Shown here piece by piece: positions 26,001 through 40,254 of a stretch of DNA of 64,000 nucleotides (position 1 is the first letter of the stretch; each line of letters opens with the position of its first letter). This DNA is from Camelus dromedarius. Its lineage: Eukaryota. The stretch covers positions 61,196,001 to 61,260,000 of the forward strand of contig NC_087436.1 in NCBI RefSeq assembly GCF_036321535.1, written 5' to 3'. Made by a program: the position numbers and the translations under genes. Below the pieces are notes generated by a model, which saw only the letters and a list, made by a program, of their open reading frames with translations, searched no databases and was not told the origin of the DNA.

Positions 26001-29000
26001 ACTTTGCATAGCATGCATCCAAGTAGAGCTATAAGAGGCTGTCAGTATTAGCATGATAAACATTTGTCTTGTTCAACTCTACAAAATGTAAAAGACCTAA
26101 GTTTTCTCCTTTGGTGTACTGTAGGGTTCTTCCTTTACTCAGATAGTACAGAGCCCTGATTGATGTTCATGGTTTCAAGGACATTGCAAAGTATTTCCAA
26201 AATGAAAATGAGATGAAAGTGGACCTTAGGGAGTTGGGGGAAATGGAAGGGATCCAGAGAAAGCAGGAATTCCTGGAATTCCTTCTGATAAGATCCCCAC
26301 ATGGAGGGAAAGATGACTCAGAGGGAAGATCAAATAGATCCTTTTGTACTGTCTTCAGGATATTGTATGTTCATGGTCATCTAAAAATGAGACTATTTTG
26401 AGGGACTATGCTTTAGATGGGAATCTGTGAGTCTCTCTTTCTGGTGTCCTTTCCTCTTCTTTTCCCTGCCTCCACCATACCTATGTCCCTGACTTGTTTT
26501 TTTCGTTCCCTTCCCCAGCCCTAGAATCTCAACCCCATCTTCAAGGCTGAACTCTGATTTGGTGGAGGGAGATCACTACTGTACTATAAGAAATAAGCAT
26601 AGTTCTAACTGGTGTGCACTGGTTCCCCTCACCTCCCCTACTCCCCTGGTACCAGGGAAAGGGTTGAGGTTAAAATTACCACCTGTCCAGTGAAAAGGGG
26701 CCTTGGAGTCAGAATGGAAGTTGAATTATAGAAAATTAAGTATTATTTCTTACATACTTAAGTCTGTGTACTATGATTCATACTTGCTAGCTTTGTAAAC
26801 ATTTATTTCTTTTTTGCATTATGAAGCAAATACATGTCCATTGTATACATGTTATATATACATTAAGAACATAGAAAAACATGGAAACCCCCATCAACAA
26901 TTCTACCATTATTTTATTTGATTTTTGAGCTATAAAAAGTAAATAAATGGAAGTTTTCCTCCTCCACCATGCTCTCAGCCCATAACACCTATTTATTGCC
27001 ATCCAACCCATATTTCTTTTAGCATATTTAAATATATAAGTTATTTAATATATTTATTTCTATAATTGAATAATTGCAAAATATTAATTGAGTACCCTGA
27101 GTGTGAAATGCTGTAGTGGGTTCTATGAAGCTGTGTGTGTGCATGTGTGTGTAAGGATACACTTGATTTTTACCCTTGAGGAATCAATTAACCACATGCC
27201 AGAAAGATAGATGTGAAAGAGATGAAAATATTTTAAATAGAAATATGTAACTACACACAGACAATTTCAGCCTAAACAGATTGACTTATTTCTTGGGAAT
27301 AGGTAAAGATTTTTGGGAAAAGAAATTATCTTTTTTTCGGGTCCTCCAGTGACATTTAGTACTTCACTAACATCTTTGAGGTTACTGCATTGAGTGATGT
27401 ACTTAGAAATCAAACTCAAATGCTATATGGCTTTATTAAAGAAAACAAACAAAAAAATCCCTTTCTTCTAGGCCAGCTATAGGAATCACCTCTATCTTTT
27501 TGCCCCAGTCTGCCTTCCAAGCAGCACTGTATGAGACCAGGCATGAAGAATTATTGGGAAAATGAGCCCTTCTGTGGTACAGACAGAAATGAATAAATAC
27601 AGTAGTCTTTCATCTTACAAAAATAAATAACATTTCCTCATTCCCTCACCTTGGTTTAGACTTGATTGAGCATGAAAGAGGAATTTTCTTCCTTCTTTCA
27701 GGGTAGCATTTACGAACCTCTAAATGGAAGTCTCTCTGTCTGCTTCTTTGCTCAGACGAGGGGTCTCGCTTCCATATCCTCAGGGTGTACTACATGGACC
27801 ATGGACTGCCAAGCGGGAGACGCAGATCCTATTTCTGGCACTGCCCCCTGGCTTGCTGTGTGACCTAGTATAAATCACTTACACCTCTCCATTTCCCTGA
27901 TGGCAAGACAGCTGCTGAAACATTCACCACTGTCTCCAGTGTCTCAGCCAGTCTCTTGCTACAGGCTTGAGAACAGGACAGAGTTGTGTCGCTTGTCAGA
28001 AGAATCAGGCAATCAGTTACTCATTTTTTCTGATATGATTGAATCGCCTTGGACAAATCCACCAGAGACTCAGAAGCAGATGGTGTGATTTTTCACTTTA
28101 CCCAATTAAAAAAAATTGGAAAAAAAAAAACCCCTACACCTCAAAAACTACAAAACATCCTCAAAACACTCAGGTAGATTTTGTTTCAGTTTTCGAAAGT
28201 TTGAAGACTTAGATATTTAGTCCTCCTGAGAATGAATATATATATATAGGCTTTGAAACAAGAGTATTTTGGAAATTCTTGACATCATAAAACTTGAAGA
28301 TTAGAGAAAATTTTGGAAGTAGTCAAGATCTGATGGCTGATAAGAATCAACCAAGGAACTTTAAAAAGAATATAGATCACCATATCCCAAATGAAATGTA
28401 TTAATTCAAGGGACCCAAGCATGTGCATTTTAAGGAATCTCCTCAGAACTAAGTCTGAGGATCAATTAGGTTTGGGAACCATGGGACAAGTTCACTAAAT
28501 TGGACGCTTATACCCTTTTTCAGTGTGTTTGAATGCTTCCAAATTTGGGAAATCCCTGCCTACAGAGAAAGTAAATTATATTTTAGAGTTGTTTGGGAAA
28601 TTAGCTATTATTATCTCCTTTATTTAGAAGCTAAAATACTACTTCTACCTCAATTACTACTATTACTACTGGTAAGTGTTAATATTTATTGAGCACTTTC
28701 TGTGTAGCAGATACCCTTTTATAGGTTAACCAACCATCCCTGTTTACCTGATACTCTCCCAATTTTAGCATTATTGCTTTCAATCCTGAAAATTAAGCTA
28801 GGAGATAGATCCTGTTACTGACCTCACTTAACATTTGGGGAATTGAAGTTACAAATATTAATAAGCAGTTTGGTTACTCAGAATGTAAGCTGAGATCTGG
28901 GATTAGGACCCAGTCTGTCCAACTCAAGAGCCCTTTTTCTTCATCATTTCTCATTCACCAAGAGTCATTCTTTCCTCTTCGTTTGACAGATTCATCATGG

Positions 29001-29479
29001 TTTGTGCAAATGGGCCCATTCAAGTAGTTCTGTTTAGTGCTCTGTGATTGCACCTGTTTAGTGCCAGTCTTTCTGGGTGACAGAATCTAAGTTTTGCTAT
29101 AGTGCTGTGGGAATTAATATGGGGTCTTCCCCTCAATTTTATATGCAGGTCAAAATTGGTTGTGAAACAATATATACAGTGGTCTCAAAGGAGAAGATAA
29201 GTCATGGCACAATAATCCTGAGTTGAAGGGTTGAGGGCATGTGCAGAGGGAGGCAGGAGGTGGTATTGCCTGGCTGCACCTGTAGGGCCTGACTCTAGGG
29301 ACTATAGAGGGCATTTATGATGTGATTGTGTCTGTCTCAAGGTTGGTTGTTTTATTTTATTTTACTGTTACTATTATTATTATTATCCAGCATCAATTGG
29401 TAGTGCTCTCAGCTTGTCCTCTGCCTATTGCCTGACTCTCATTGTTCTAAAGAATGCCCCAAAGAAATTTGAACACTGA

Positions 29480-29785
29480 CTGAATTTTATGATTAAGGAG
29501 TTATTGGTATTTTTTGAGGTATTTTAATGATATTGTGGTCATGTTAAGAAACATGGAAGTCTTTTAGAGATATATACCAAAATCCCTGGGTTGAAGTAAT
29601 TTGCTGCATAGAGTTGCTTTAAAATAATTCATTGGAGGAAAAGGGGATATGGGGGGGTATGCAAATAAAACAGGATTGGACTTATGTTGATAATTTTTGA
29701 GCAGGATGATGGCTACATGAGGGCTCATTTTTCTGTCCTATGTACTTTTGGTTTGCTTAAAATTTTCCGTAATAAAAAGTAAAAG
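29480..29785 (+). mobile_element. Old L1M 3' end
   Basis: 'atgatattaaggag'-like start, 'ttgctttaaaataattc','gatggctacatgaggg..aaattttccgtaataaaaag'. Confidence 0.65.
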
Positions 29786-30849
29786 GTAAGTCCCCAAAGT
29801 AGGACCACGGAGGAATCCCATTATATTTCAGGGTGATCATATTGCATAACACCACTCAAAGTTTCTTTGGTTTGATGTTCTACTTGATATGACTTGACTT
29901 TAATTTGACCTGACTCATACTGAAGAGACCTCAGAAGGCACTACATTAAATATGACTTTATTTTTAAATGTATTTATCACATGGTCATTTCCTCTGTGTG
30001 CCGACAGAGCAGAGCCCTAGGGAAGGGGTCAGAGGTAGACTCACAGCTAGATCCCTGTCTTCTAGGGTAGGGTATAGTTCACCCAAGAATAAGCCGGGTG
30101 AGGATGTAGTAGGGTCCAAAACAAGAGAAGGGATCTTGCTTACAGCATGATTTGATTCAGCGTTCTGTCAGCCTCAGGGCCTCCTTATCAGGTTTCCCAT
30201 CCCTACCTCCAGCTCATCTCATCTTGCTTAGTAATTTCCCCTTCCTCCCCATTCCTTAAAAAATTCCTTTGCTTCCAGACACCTTATTAAAGCTACTCTC
30301 TTCTGGCTGTTAGAGTTAAGAATCTGTCAGCATTTTCCATTATACACCTCTCTCAGCTGACACTCTATTCTTAATTGGCACTGTTGTAGCAGGGGAAAAA
30401 AAGACAAAAAGCTTTACTTAATGCTGGGGACCAGGACAGGTTTTCAATCTTAACTCTGTATTTCCTGAATTAGTGTGTTTAAGTTAGTCCTTTCATTTAC
30501 TTGAATATGTTTTATTCCCAGGTGTCCTCTCTGTTATTTGTAGTGCTGTGCAACTCCTGACAACCAGAGGGAAGTTCCTTTGCCAGGAGGACCAGGTTCT
30601 TCCCTTAAATTTAACCCTGATCTCAATTGTTTTTCCACATAGACTAGCTCACAAAGTGGAATAATGCAGTGTGGAATATACCAATAGGGGTCATCCTTAG
30701 AAATTATCTTGTTTATTCCCCTCATTTTGTGGATTTTAAAAATTGCCCAAAATATCTTGAATGACTTTCCCCAGTCAGAAATCTATTTAGTACAATACAG
30801 TCCTCTGACTTCCATTTAAAAATAGATTTGGCCGTGAGTATTTTTATTT

Positions 30850-31285
30850 TATTAAAAAATTTCCCTCCAGTTTTATTGATATATAATTGATACAGCACTG
30901 TGCAGGTATAAGGTGTACAGCATAGTGATGTGACTTACATGTAGCATGAAATGATTATCACAGTAAGTTTAGTGGACATCCATCATCTCATATAGATACA
31001 TCATTAAAGAAATAGAAAAAAAATTTTTTTGTGATGATAACTCAGGATTTACACTCTTTAACAACCAATTTTCATATATAACATTCAGGAGTGTTAATTA
31101 TATTTATCACGTTGTACATCCCTTGTACTTACGTATCTTACACCTGGAAGTTTGTAGTATCTTTTGGCTGCTTTCATCCAATTCCCCCTTCTGCCTTCTG
31201 TTAACCACAGATCTGATCTCTTTCTGAGTTAGTTTGTATGCTTGTTTGTTTTTTTGAAGTATAATTGACATACAACACTATGTTG
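30850..31285 (-). mobile_element. L1 3'UTR fragment
   Basis: 'ccagttttattgatatataattgatacagcactg..aaggtgtacagcat'; same subfamily as 38214-38448. Confidence 0.85.
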
Positions 31286-32544
31286 TGGGACCCTTGCCAC
31301 ATCCTACCCCTGGACCTAAGACCCACATCCAGGATCACAGTTCTGCTGGAAGGCTGTGAGATTAGCTCACACTTCCTGCTCTGTGAAATCTCCTTTTGTT
31401 TTTAAGCACCTGGATGTTTCTATTTCTGTATTTCAAACTCAGTTATGCATTATTTTTTGGGTTATATTTTATCCAGAATTTCTTTTTTTGGAGGAGAGGA
31501 CCATCCGTTTCACCTTAGTTTATTTGTCAGAAGTCCTCTAGCAATTTCTGTTCTAAGCAATTTGTTCAAGAAGGAAGGGTTGTGATTCTTCCAGTGAAAT
31601 GTTGCTGATCTTTGTTTTCAAGAAGGCAGACACAGCTCTGCTCCTGGGGGAATCTCCTTTGCTTATATCCACCCAGTATTGGAGCTTTCTTTGCTCCAAC
31701 TTGCTCCTCACCCTCACACATTACTCCCAAGTTACTTTGGAAGCACTCCAAGTTATCATTGCTTTTTGTCTCCCTAGAAGCCAGGTTTTAATTCCACTTC
31801 CTATTATCCTGTCACTCTGTCTCGTGGACATTCTTCCTTTGATAAAGATCTGTCAGGCCCCTTTGTGAAAATGTAAACCTGTTACATTCCCTTTATTCAC
31901 CCTGGCACTAATGTCCTGACTTCAAATAAATGTCCTGAAGCTCTATTGGCTGGCCTTTACAAAGGAGCAAATTTTAAAGTTACCTTCCATCTACTGCCCT
32001 TTTTTACTTTCTTTAAGATGTAAAATGAGAGCAAAGAATCACAGGGCTTAACTAATTGTCTGCAATTTCCTGCTGTCTCTATACCTTTTTTATGACATTA
32101 ATTCATTGCCAGTTCTCTGACCTGTGGAATCTCTTCTGGATAGAAATGACTAGGAGTTAAAATAAAGTTTGAAAAAATGCCAGTTTGATTCAGTAGTCTT
32201 TTCAGAGTTCTTGTCATTGCTTCTTTGGGACCGCATACACTATTGTAATCATTTTACCAACTGCTCTCTGTGTTAAAACACCCATCTTAATTACTCATCT
32301 CCTTACCTGAAGGTTAGGGTTTTGATTTAGTTTCCTTTAATTGGAAAAGAAGTATTGTCTACTTAAAATACTTCATGTCATCTAAATATCCATCTTCTGC
32401 TGACTTCTCTATTTTGTCAGTTTCTCTAAATAAATCATTATACAAGTACTAAGAAAAACATCCAGTTTAAGGTTTATGTTCTCAGTATTATCATTTGATA
32501 TTCTACTCTGTGTTTCTCAAAATTGTTATGTTTAGTAAATATCA

Positions 32545-33990
32545 GGTAAGTTATTTGGATTGCAAGTAACAGAAACTGATTCTAATTCACTTAAGCACAA
32601 TAGGAGTTTATTGGAGATTCCTAGTGGCTCAGAAAATCAAGAGGAAGATTTCAGAAAATGAACATGTTTTAATCAGCTATTGCCACAATTATGTTGCATA
32701 ACAAGCTACCCCAAAGCCCAGAGGCTTAAAAAATGAGCATTATTCTCACTCTCATGGGTCTACAGAATGACTGTGGTTTGGTAGGTCCTGAATGGACTCT
32801 GCTGGTGTGACAGGCTGAATAATGGCCCTTTCAAGATATCCAGGTCCTAATCCCTATAATCTGTGAATGTTACTTATGTGGCAGGAGACTTTGCAGATGT
32901 GATTAACTTAAGGATCTTGAGTTGGGGATATTGTTCTGGATTATCCTAGTGGCTCCTAAATGCAATTATAAATGTCTTTATAAGAGGAGGGCAGAGGGGA
33001 ATTTGACACAGAAGACACAAGGTGGTGTTCAGTGGCAACAGGGAAGATTTGAAGATACTATGCGTCTGGCTTTAAAGTTGGAAGAAGGGACTGTGAACCA
33101 AGGAATGCAGCTCTAGGAGCTAGAAGTGGCAAGAGAACATATTTTCCCCTAAAGCTTCTGGTTGGAGCACTGCTCTGGTGATACCTTGATTTTGTCCCAG
33201 TGAAACTGACTTGGGCCTCCAGAAATGTCAGAGAATAAATTTTTGTTGTTTTAAGATACCAGCTTTGTGCTAGAGCAGCCACAGGAAACTAATACAACCA
33301 GGTAGCTCTGTTTTGAGGTACAGGTTGGCAGGACTCCTCAACTCCAGGCTCTGAGTTGGGTTCTGTATGCTGCATGTGTGTCTTTGTCTGGGCTCAGGGA
33401 AAGAGAAGAAGCTTCCTGGGGCATAATCTTCTTGTGACAAAGCCCTGGAACTTATGCTTTAAACCAACCACACAAGCATGTGATTGTGTTCATGTATCAC
33501 ATTGGCTAATGTTCCTTTGTGACCAAAGCAAGTCACATGGCCAAGCCAAACATAAGTTGGGCAGGACCTACTGTGGAAAGTCAGGAGGTGGATGGAATAA
33601 ATATTTGCTGAACTGTAATTCAGACCATCACAGGCAAGGATCAAGTGAAACTGTAGCCTGAACCATAGATGATCCATACACCACAGGAACAACTGGTAGT
33701 AGTTATAGGTATCAGAGTTTCTGCTGGCCTCTAGGTACAGGATGCTGTCACTGCCACTTAATGAACTCTAAACTGCCTCCTGATTTTTAAAAATCATTTG
33801 ACCTAGAGTTGGTGTCCCAGGTACATTTGATTGGTCGAGTCTAGGTTATGCATTCAGGGAGAGCAATTGTCTAGCCTTTTCAATTTCCATTTTGGGAGAG
33901 GGGGGCCTTGCCTACCTCCAAATTTCACACAAGGACAAGACTCCCTCAGTTTAGGAAGGGGATTTAGATACTGGGCAGCAAAAAACAATA
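32545..33990. mobile_element. Nested MaLR LTR stack: MLT1D-like (32806-33296) inside MLT1I-like (~32665-33632) inside an older MLT1-like LTR
   Basis: Inner TGTG..ggaaactaataCA with 'ctttgcagatgtgattaa','gagaataaatttttgttgttttaag'; middle 'cagctattgccacaattatgttgcataacaa' resumes after 33296; outer 'ttgcaagtaacagaaac' .. 'gatactgggcagcaaaaaacaa'. Confidence 0.7.
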
Positions 33991-35529
33991 ATGAAAATAT
34001 TCCAAGGGATATTGTGATACAGTGGAAAGAGAAAGGGCTTGTTAAATGTTCTGAAACCTAATTTCCTTATCTCTAACATAGGGATAAAAATAACCATAAG
34101 GCTTTTCATGAATAATAGAATTCAAGTACTTGACGCCTTTGATGTTTAATAAATGGCAGCCATTCTCTCTCTCACTCTTTCTTTTCTTTTTTTTTTTTTT
34201 AGGAGCCAACTCATTTTTTTCTGACTTTATTTTTCATGAAGAAATTTCTATTTCATTGCCCAATAAAGAACTATTTTATGGCTCTGGGTGTTTGTTAGAC
34301 ATTGAAAGCCAGATCCCCTTTTTAGTCTCCATTCTCCATCTGTTACTTATTTCTGCAGGAGTGGTTTACCTTTCCACTGCAAGAGTCAGACACCCACTGT
34401 CCATTCTTCTGGGTAGAGTTCAGATGATGAGTGTTGCTCTTCTGTAGTCTGCTCTTCTTCATTCTCTTGGCCTTTGCTTCACACATTTGTGTTTTCCTTC
34501 TCTACCTATGTGTGTTAGGTTTGTTCCTCATGAGACTCAGTGTTGTAAAGGGTAGATGGGTTTGTTCTGTAAGGAAAGTGTTAGGAAAATCAGACAGGGG
34601 TGGATCCAGGTGTAGTCTCAAATCTGGTGTTACCAGCAATTAAGGTGATATTTTGATATCTGGTCACTTACTCTGTTTCTTAACTGATTCCAGATCCATA
34701 GATGAAGGTATGTAATTTGCAACCTCAGACTTTACAACATTATTTTTAAGTGAGTCAAGGACTAAAGCTTACAGGGGAGAGTTGTTATCCAGAACTCTTA
34801 GCTCTAGTCTCATCTTTCTGGGCTAGTTTTGTGCTCTGTAAAACGGTTTATTTTTGTCTACATAAATGGTTGAACTCCAATGTCAAAAATAACTCAAGAA
34901 GGCAAATGACAGAGTTGAACAGTAACCACAGTGAAGAGCAATCTGAAATGTTCATAGTCATCTGAGTTGGCTCAGGTAAACAGACCATGGAAATAGCATA
35001 TAATTGGGAGTCAGAACAGACCTCTTGCTGATTCTTCCACCAGCTTGTTCAAGTTTCTTTACTTTCAGGCCATATGGGCTGCATGTTCTCTGGTAAGTGC
35101 ACAGGATGCTAAATGCACTTCACTATAGCTCTTGCCACCTGGGTGTAAGGATACTCATAGAAAGTAGTTCTGGATGAGTAGTCACTGTGGTCCTTTTAAA
35201 GTGACAGTAGTTATTTTTTTCTAGAGAAGTAGACATGTGGATAGAAGAAACATCAATGCAAAGTAATCCTTCCCTTCACTTTCTCAATCCTCACCTGGCT
35301 TACGTCACTTTTCATGTCTGACTATTCTAGCTAAGTTACAGAGAAAGTATATTTGAAAATAGTTGCTCAGCTGTATATATGTCATGTAGACTTGTCTTTT
35401 ATTGGAACTTTTTCAAAGTGAATCCTATGAATCAAATCAAAGCATTAGAATACCAAGAATAAATGTATCTAATGAAAGTTAATGAAACCTGTTACAAATG
35501 GCAGACATCTGTAGTTAAGGCTATTTAAG

Positions 35530-35982
35530 ATTGCTGTAGATTTCAAATTTTTTTGCCTGCCCAGCATCCACTTTCCAGTCTTCTGATATTAGCATCCTGA
35601 ACTTTCTTGGGTAGAACCATCCTTCCTCCACCTCCATTCTATGTGGTTTGAGTTGGGCTGACTCTGCTTTCTAGGTATTGAGAATTGCCACATGACCCAA
35701 ATTGATCCAATAAGATAAAGTCCCAGGAATTTTGATAGAACAATTGGAGGTCTAATGTGTGACTTTGAAGGGAGAACTTGCCTGAGAATGGAGCCACAGA
35801 GATAAGCAAAATCAAAACATAAAGAGAGTAATAACCAAGTAAACAATATAAATCAAGTTCCTAGATTCAACCATGCCTGAATCCCTGCTGCCCCTGGACT
35901 TTTTAGTTTACTTTAGACAACAAATCTCTTTTTACTCAAGGTTGAGTTGCATTTTTGTTACAGTTGAAGAAGTTCCTACTCA
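35530..35982 (+). mobile_element. ERVL-type LTR (LTR16/LTR33-like)
   Basis: 'tgcctgcccagcatcc','cacatgaccca','ttcaaccatgcctgaa..ccctggactttt','gttgagttgcatttttgttac'. Confidence 0.6.
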
Positions 35983-37761
35983 TAAAAAATGCTGACAGTA
36001 GATAAGAAAAATAGAGGCAGCATAAAATTGCAAGAAAATGCACAGTCTCAGGGTATTAACCCCAGTTAAATCATTAAACATTCCTGGGCCTTCTTCACCT
36101 GTATAATGAAACTGAAGTTTTCTAAACGTTATTTTATTGAGGATCTAAAGATTACATGCCATGCAGCTAGTTACTAGCATAGTCCTGCAGTGGGCAGCTG
36201 ACCTATGTTCTCTTTCTAGGGCTCTGTTTACAAGATATTTTTCTCTGAGACCAGTAGCCTTTTATCCTATTGAATTGACATTCTCCACAACTTTTGGAAA
36301 TTCACATGGATAAAGTGGTATTGATTGTGGACCATGAATGAATGTATCTTCTATGGCAGAAAAACATTTAGTATTAGATATGAGGGGTCATTGGAAAACT
36401 GACCCAAATTTTTATACATTACATCAAGAATTGGTACATTAGAGATTTTTCTTTCTTATTATATTTTTTTGAGAAATGTTTGATGAGGATTTAAGTCAGT
36501 TTTTTATTAGCTCCCCATTGCCTTAGTAGTGTTTCTGGTATATAATGAGTACTCAATAAATATTTAGTGAATGGTTGAGTATTTGGGGTTATTTCTGCTT
36601 GTATTACGGAGTATTTCATTTTAATTCAATAACACTTCCAAAAGAAGGAGATTTCCAGAAGTCTGTTCCCTTTGTTATTACTAGAGAATGTTTAAAAGTG
36701 GTATTTTCTCATACATATGAACAATTTTTTAAAAATGGTCATTAATGTATGATGACTATTGCATTAAAAAAATATAGCTTCCTTAAGACTTTATATATTG
36801 TTCTGTAAAATTCTGCATTTTGCCTCTTAATCTTTTTCTAAGATTCATTTGACTTACTTTTCATGTTCCTTTAAAAGATTAACTTCCTCCTTCCTAAATA
36901 AATCAATATTATTCATGTTGAAATTACATTTTCTTAAATGTTAACACATTCTACTCCCTTCCATCTTATTTGCCATGCTAGTTCCTTCACTGCACAGAGA
37001 ATCGGAAATAACTTTAGGTGTAATTGGGTCACAGATGATTAAATAACTAGCTTTTCAACTTAGTCCTTTAGAATTTCCAGATGCACACACAGGTTTGTTT
37101 TTCTGCCCATCACTGTAGAGCATTTCTCCCCACTGAAATTAACTGAATGGAAATTTGTTTATGATCTGAATTTATTCAGTGGCAGATATCTCTTATTTGT
37201 ATCTCCCTTTGAAGTCTTTTTTAAGTCCCCAAACTGGATTTGTAATTGGTTCCCTATTTTCAGCTATTTATTTTCTCATTTTTTTCTTCCTCCTTCACAC
37301 AGTGGCCTTGAATCTCTTCAACTATTCATTATTACTAAAGTTGTTACCGTCCATCCATCCTTCCTTTCTTCATTCCTTATCCCCTCCTTTCCTCTCTCTC
37401 TTCTTCTTTCCTTACTTCTTATTTTTTAAAGTTTATTTACATAAATACTTTGAAACTGACTTACCAGTAGAATCCCTCATTCTGTAAATTCTTGGTCACG
37501 CATGTGGGTCCATGCACAAGGGCTCCATCTCTATCTTTTGCTTCTATTATTTTCTTTGTTCTTCTTTAATTTATATAACTCTATACCTCTGGGTTTTGGG
37601 GTCTTTTCTACAAAAAATAGTAGTAAAATAGCAACATGATCTAGCCTTCATGAGGCAGAGCTGCGAGATTACTGGCCTGTGTCCATAACTAGTTCTGAGA
37701 TGTGTATTTCCTGGCAGCTTAACCTTTCTGTATGTCAAGCAGAAAGAAAGGAGGAGAAGGA

Positions 37762-38000
37762 ATTTAGTGCAGTGGTTTAAAGCAGAGGTTCTGGCTGAAA
37801 ATTGCCTGGGTTGAATCCTGGCTTTGCCATTTACCAATGTGTGACCTTAGGTAAATTACTCAACTTCCCTTGCTCAACTTAATTACTTTAAAATGAGAAG
37901 ATGCTAACGGTACCTAGTGAACAAAATATTGGGAGGCTTAAAGTTAATAATAGATGAAAAACTCTTCAAAATCTCGTATATATGCTGGCTTTTATTATTA
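37762..38000 (+). mobile_element. MIR SINE
   Basis: 'gcagtggtttaaagc..tgcctgggttgaatcctggctttgccatttacc..tgtgtgacctt'. Confidence 0.85.
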
Positions 38001-38213
38001 AGTGGGAATTATATTCAAATAGCTGAAAGAGGAAGAGTAATATTTTTATCATCATCAAAATGCCTAATTTAGAAACAAGTGTTAAAATGGTCCAATCATT
38101 TAGTGACTCATTCAAACAATGGATAGAGAACTATATAATTTCAGCTATACTAGAAGCAAGTGCAGAACTCTTGGAAAATTTCTTTATATATTAAGAAAAA
38201 TCTTACTGACTGT

Positions 38214-39000
38214 TTTCTTTCTTCCAGTTTTATTGAAATATAATTCACATACAGCACTGTATAAATTTAAGGTGTACAGCATAATGATTTAACTTACACA
38301 CCTCATGAAAGATTATCACAGTAAGTTTAGTGAACATCCGTTATCTTATATAGATACATTAAAGAAATAGAAAAAAAATTTTTTTTCTTGTGATGAGAAC
38401 TCTCTTAACGACTAACTTTCATATCTAACATACAGCAGTGTTAATTTTTACTTTTATTGCCCTTGCCTGAGGAGACATATCCCCAAAAATATCGCTAAGA
38501 CCAATGTCAAAGAGCATACTGCTTATGTTTGCTTCCAGAAGTTTTAGGCTTCAGGTCTTACATATAACTCTTTAATCCATTTTGAGTTTATTTTTGTATG
38601 TGGTGTGAGAAAGTAGTCCAGTTTGATTCTTGTGCATGTAGCTGTCCAGTTTCCCCAGCAGCATTTATTGAAGAGGCTGTCTTTTCTCCACTGTATATTC
38701 TTGGTTTTTTTGTTGTAGATTACTTGCCCATCTAAGTGTGGGTTCATTTGGGCTTTCCATTCTGTTCCATTGATCTATATGCCTGCTTTTGTGCCAGTAC
38801 CATACTCTCTTGATTACTGTAGCTTTGTTGTATAATTTTGAAATCAGGGAGCATGATACCTCTAGTTTTATTCTTTAATCTTAAGATTGTTTTGGCTATG
38901 CTGAGTCTTTTGTGTTCTATGCAAATTTTAGAATTATTTGTTCTAGTTCTGTGAAAAATGCCATTAGTTTTTTGATAGGGATTTCACTGAATCTGTACAC
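38214..39000 (-). mobile_element. L1 fragment: 3' terminus joined directly to mid-ORF2 (internal deletion at ~38449)
   Basis: ORF 38544..38747 gives [43 protein letters not shown] (L1 ORF2p); 38214-38448 is 3'UTR end. Confidence 0.9.
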
Positions 39001-40254
39001 TGTTTATTAAAAGATCATGTATATGTCTGTGTACCAGGATAAGGTATATTTTACTTATCTATTGCTGCATAACAATCAAATAAAACAATACTATTTTACT
39101 TGTACATGGCTTCTGTGGTTCAGGAATTTGCACAGAGCACAGACTGGATATCTTGTCTTGGCTCCACAAGGTCTGGGATCTCAATTGAAAAGACTTAAAT
39201 GTCTGGGGGAATTGAATCATCTGGAGGCTTCCTCACTTACATGTCTGGCACTGGATAAATGAGATGGACTGTGATAAATGGAAGGCTTGGCCCACCTGGG
39301 ATGGTTGACGGTCTGTTTACCTATGTCCTTTCCATGTGGTTTGGACATCTTCACAGCATGGTGGCCTCAGGGTAGTCAGACTTCTTACTTGGCAGCTTAA
39401 GGCTCCAAGAGTAATTGTTCCAGAGAAGAAAGAAAGCACTCCGTGACCTTTTATGACAGCCTCAGAAGTACATAGGATCACTTCCACAAGCTCTATTCAT
39501 TAAAGTAGTCACAAACCTGTTCCTATTCAAGGGGTGGGGGCATAGATTCACATTTTTTGATAGAGTTTATTTTTTTTGATCAGTTTGAGATTTACAGCAG
39601 AATTGAGCAGAAAATGCAGAGTTCCCACGTAGCCCTCCCCACCCACACATATATATTCCCCTACCCTCAACATCCCTCATCAGTGTGGCATATTTGGTAC
39701 AATTGATGAACCAACAGGGACACATTATTATCAACCAAAGTCCATAATTTATATTAGGGTTTACTCTAGGTGTAGTACATTCTATGGGTTTTGACAAACG
39801 CATAATGACATGTACCCACCGCTATAGTATCATACAGAATAATTTCATTGCCCTAAAAATTCGTTGTGCTCCATCTATTCATTCCTCCCACCCTCCCTCT
39901 TCCCAAACCCCTGGAAACCAAGATATTTTTATTGTGTCTGTAGTTGTGCCTTTTCCAGAATGTCAGTTGGTTGGAATCGTACAGTTTGTAGCCTTTTCAG
40001 ACTGGCTTCTTTCATTTAGTAAAATGTCTTTTTAAGTTTCTTCTGTGTCTTTCATGGCTTCATAGATCTTTTTTTTTTTTTACTGCATATGTATTTTTAA
40101 ATTTACATATATGTACTGTTCATTGTTTCTAAGTACATTTAGAGCTTTAGCTTTTTTTTAAAACATTTTTTATTGATTTATAATCATTATACAGCTTTAG
40201 CTTTTTAAACTTACATAGTTATCAAAGGAATAAAGCCAACTACAAAATAAGAAT

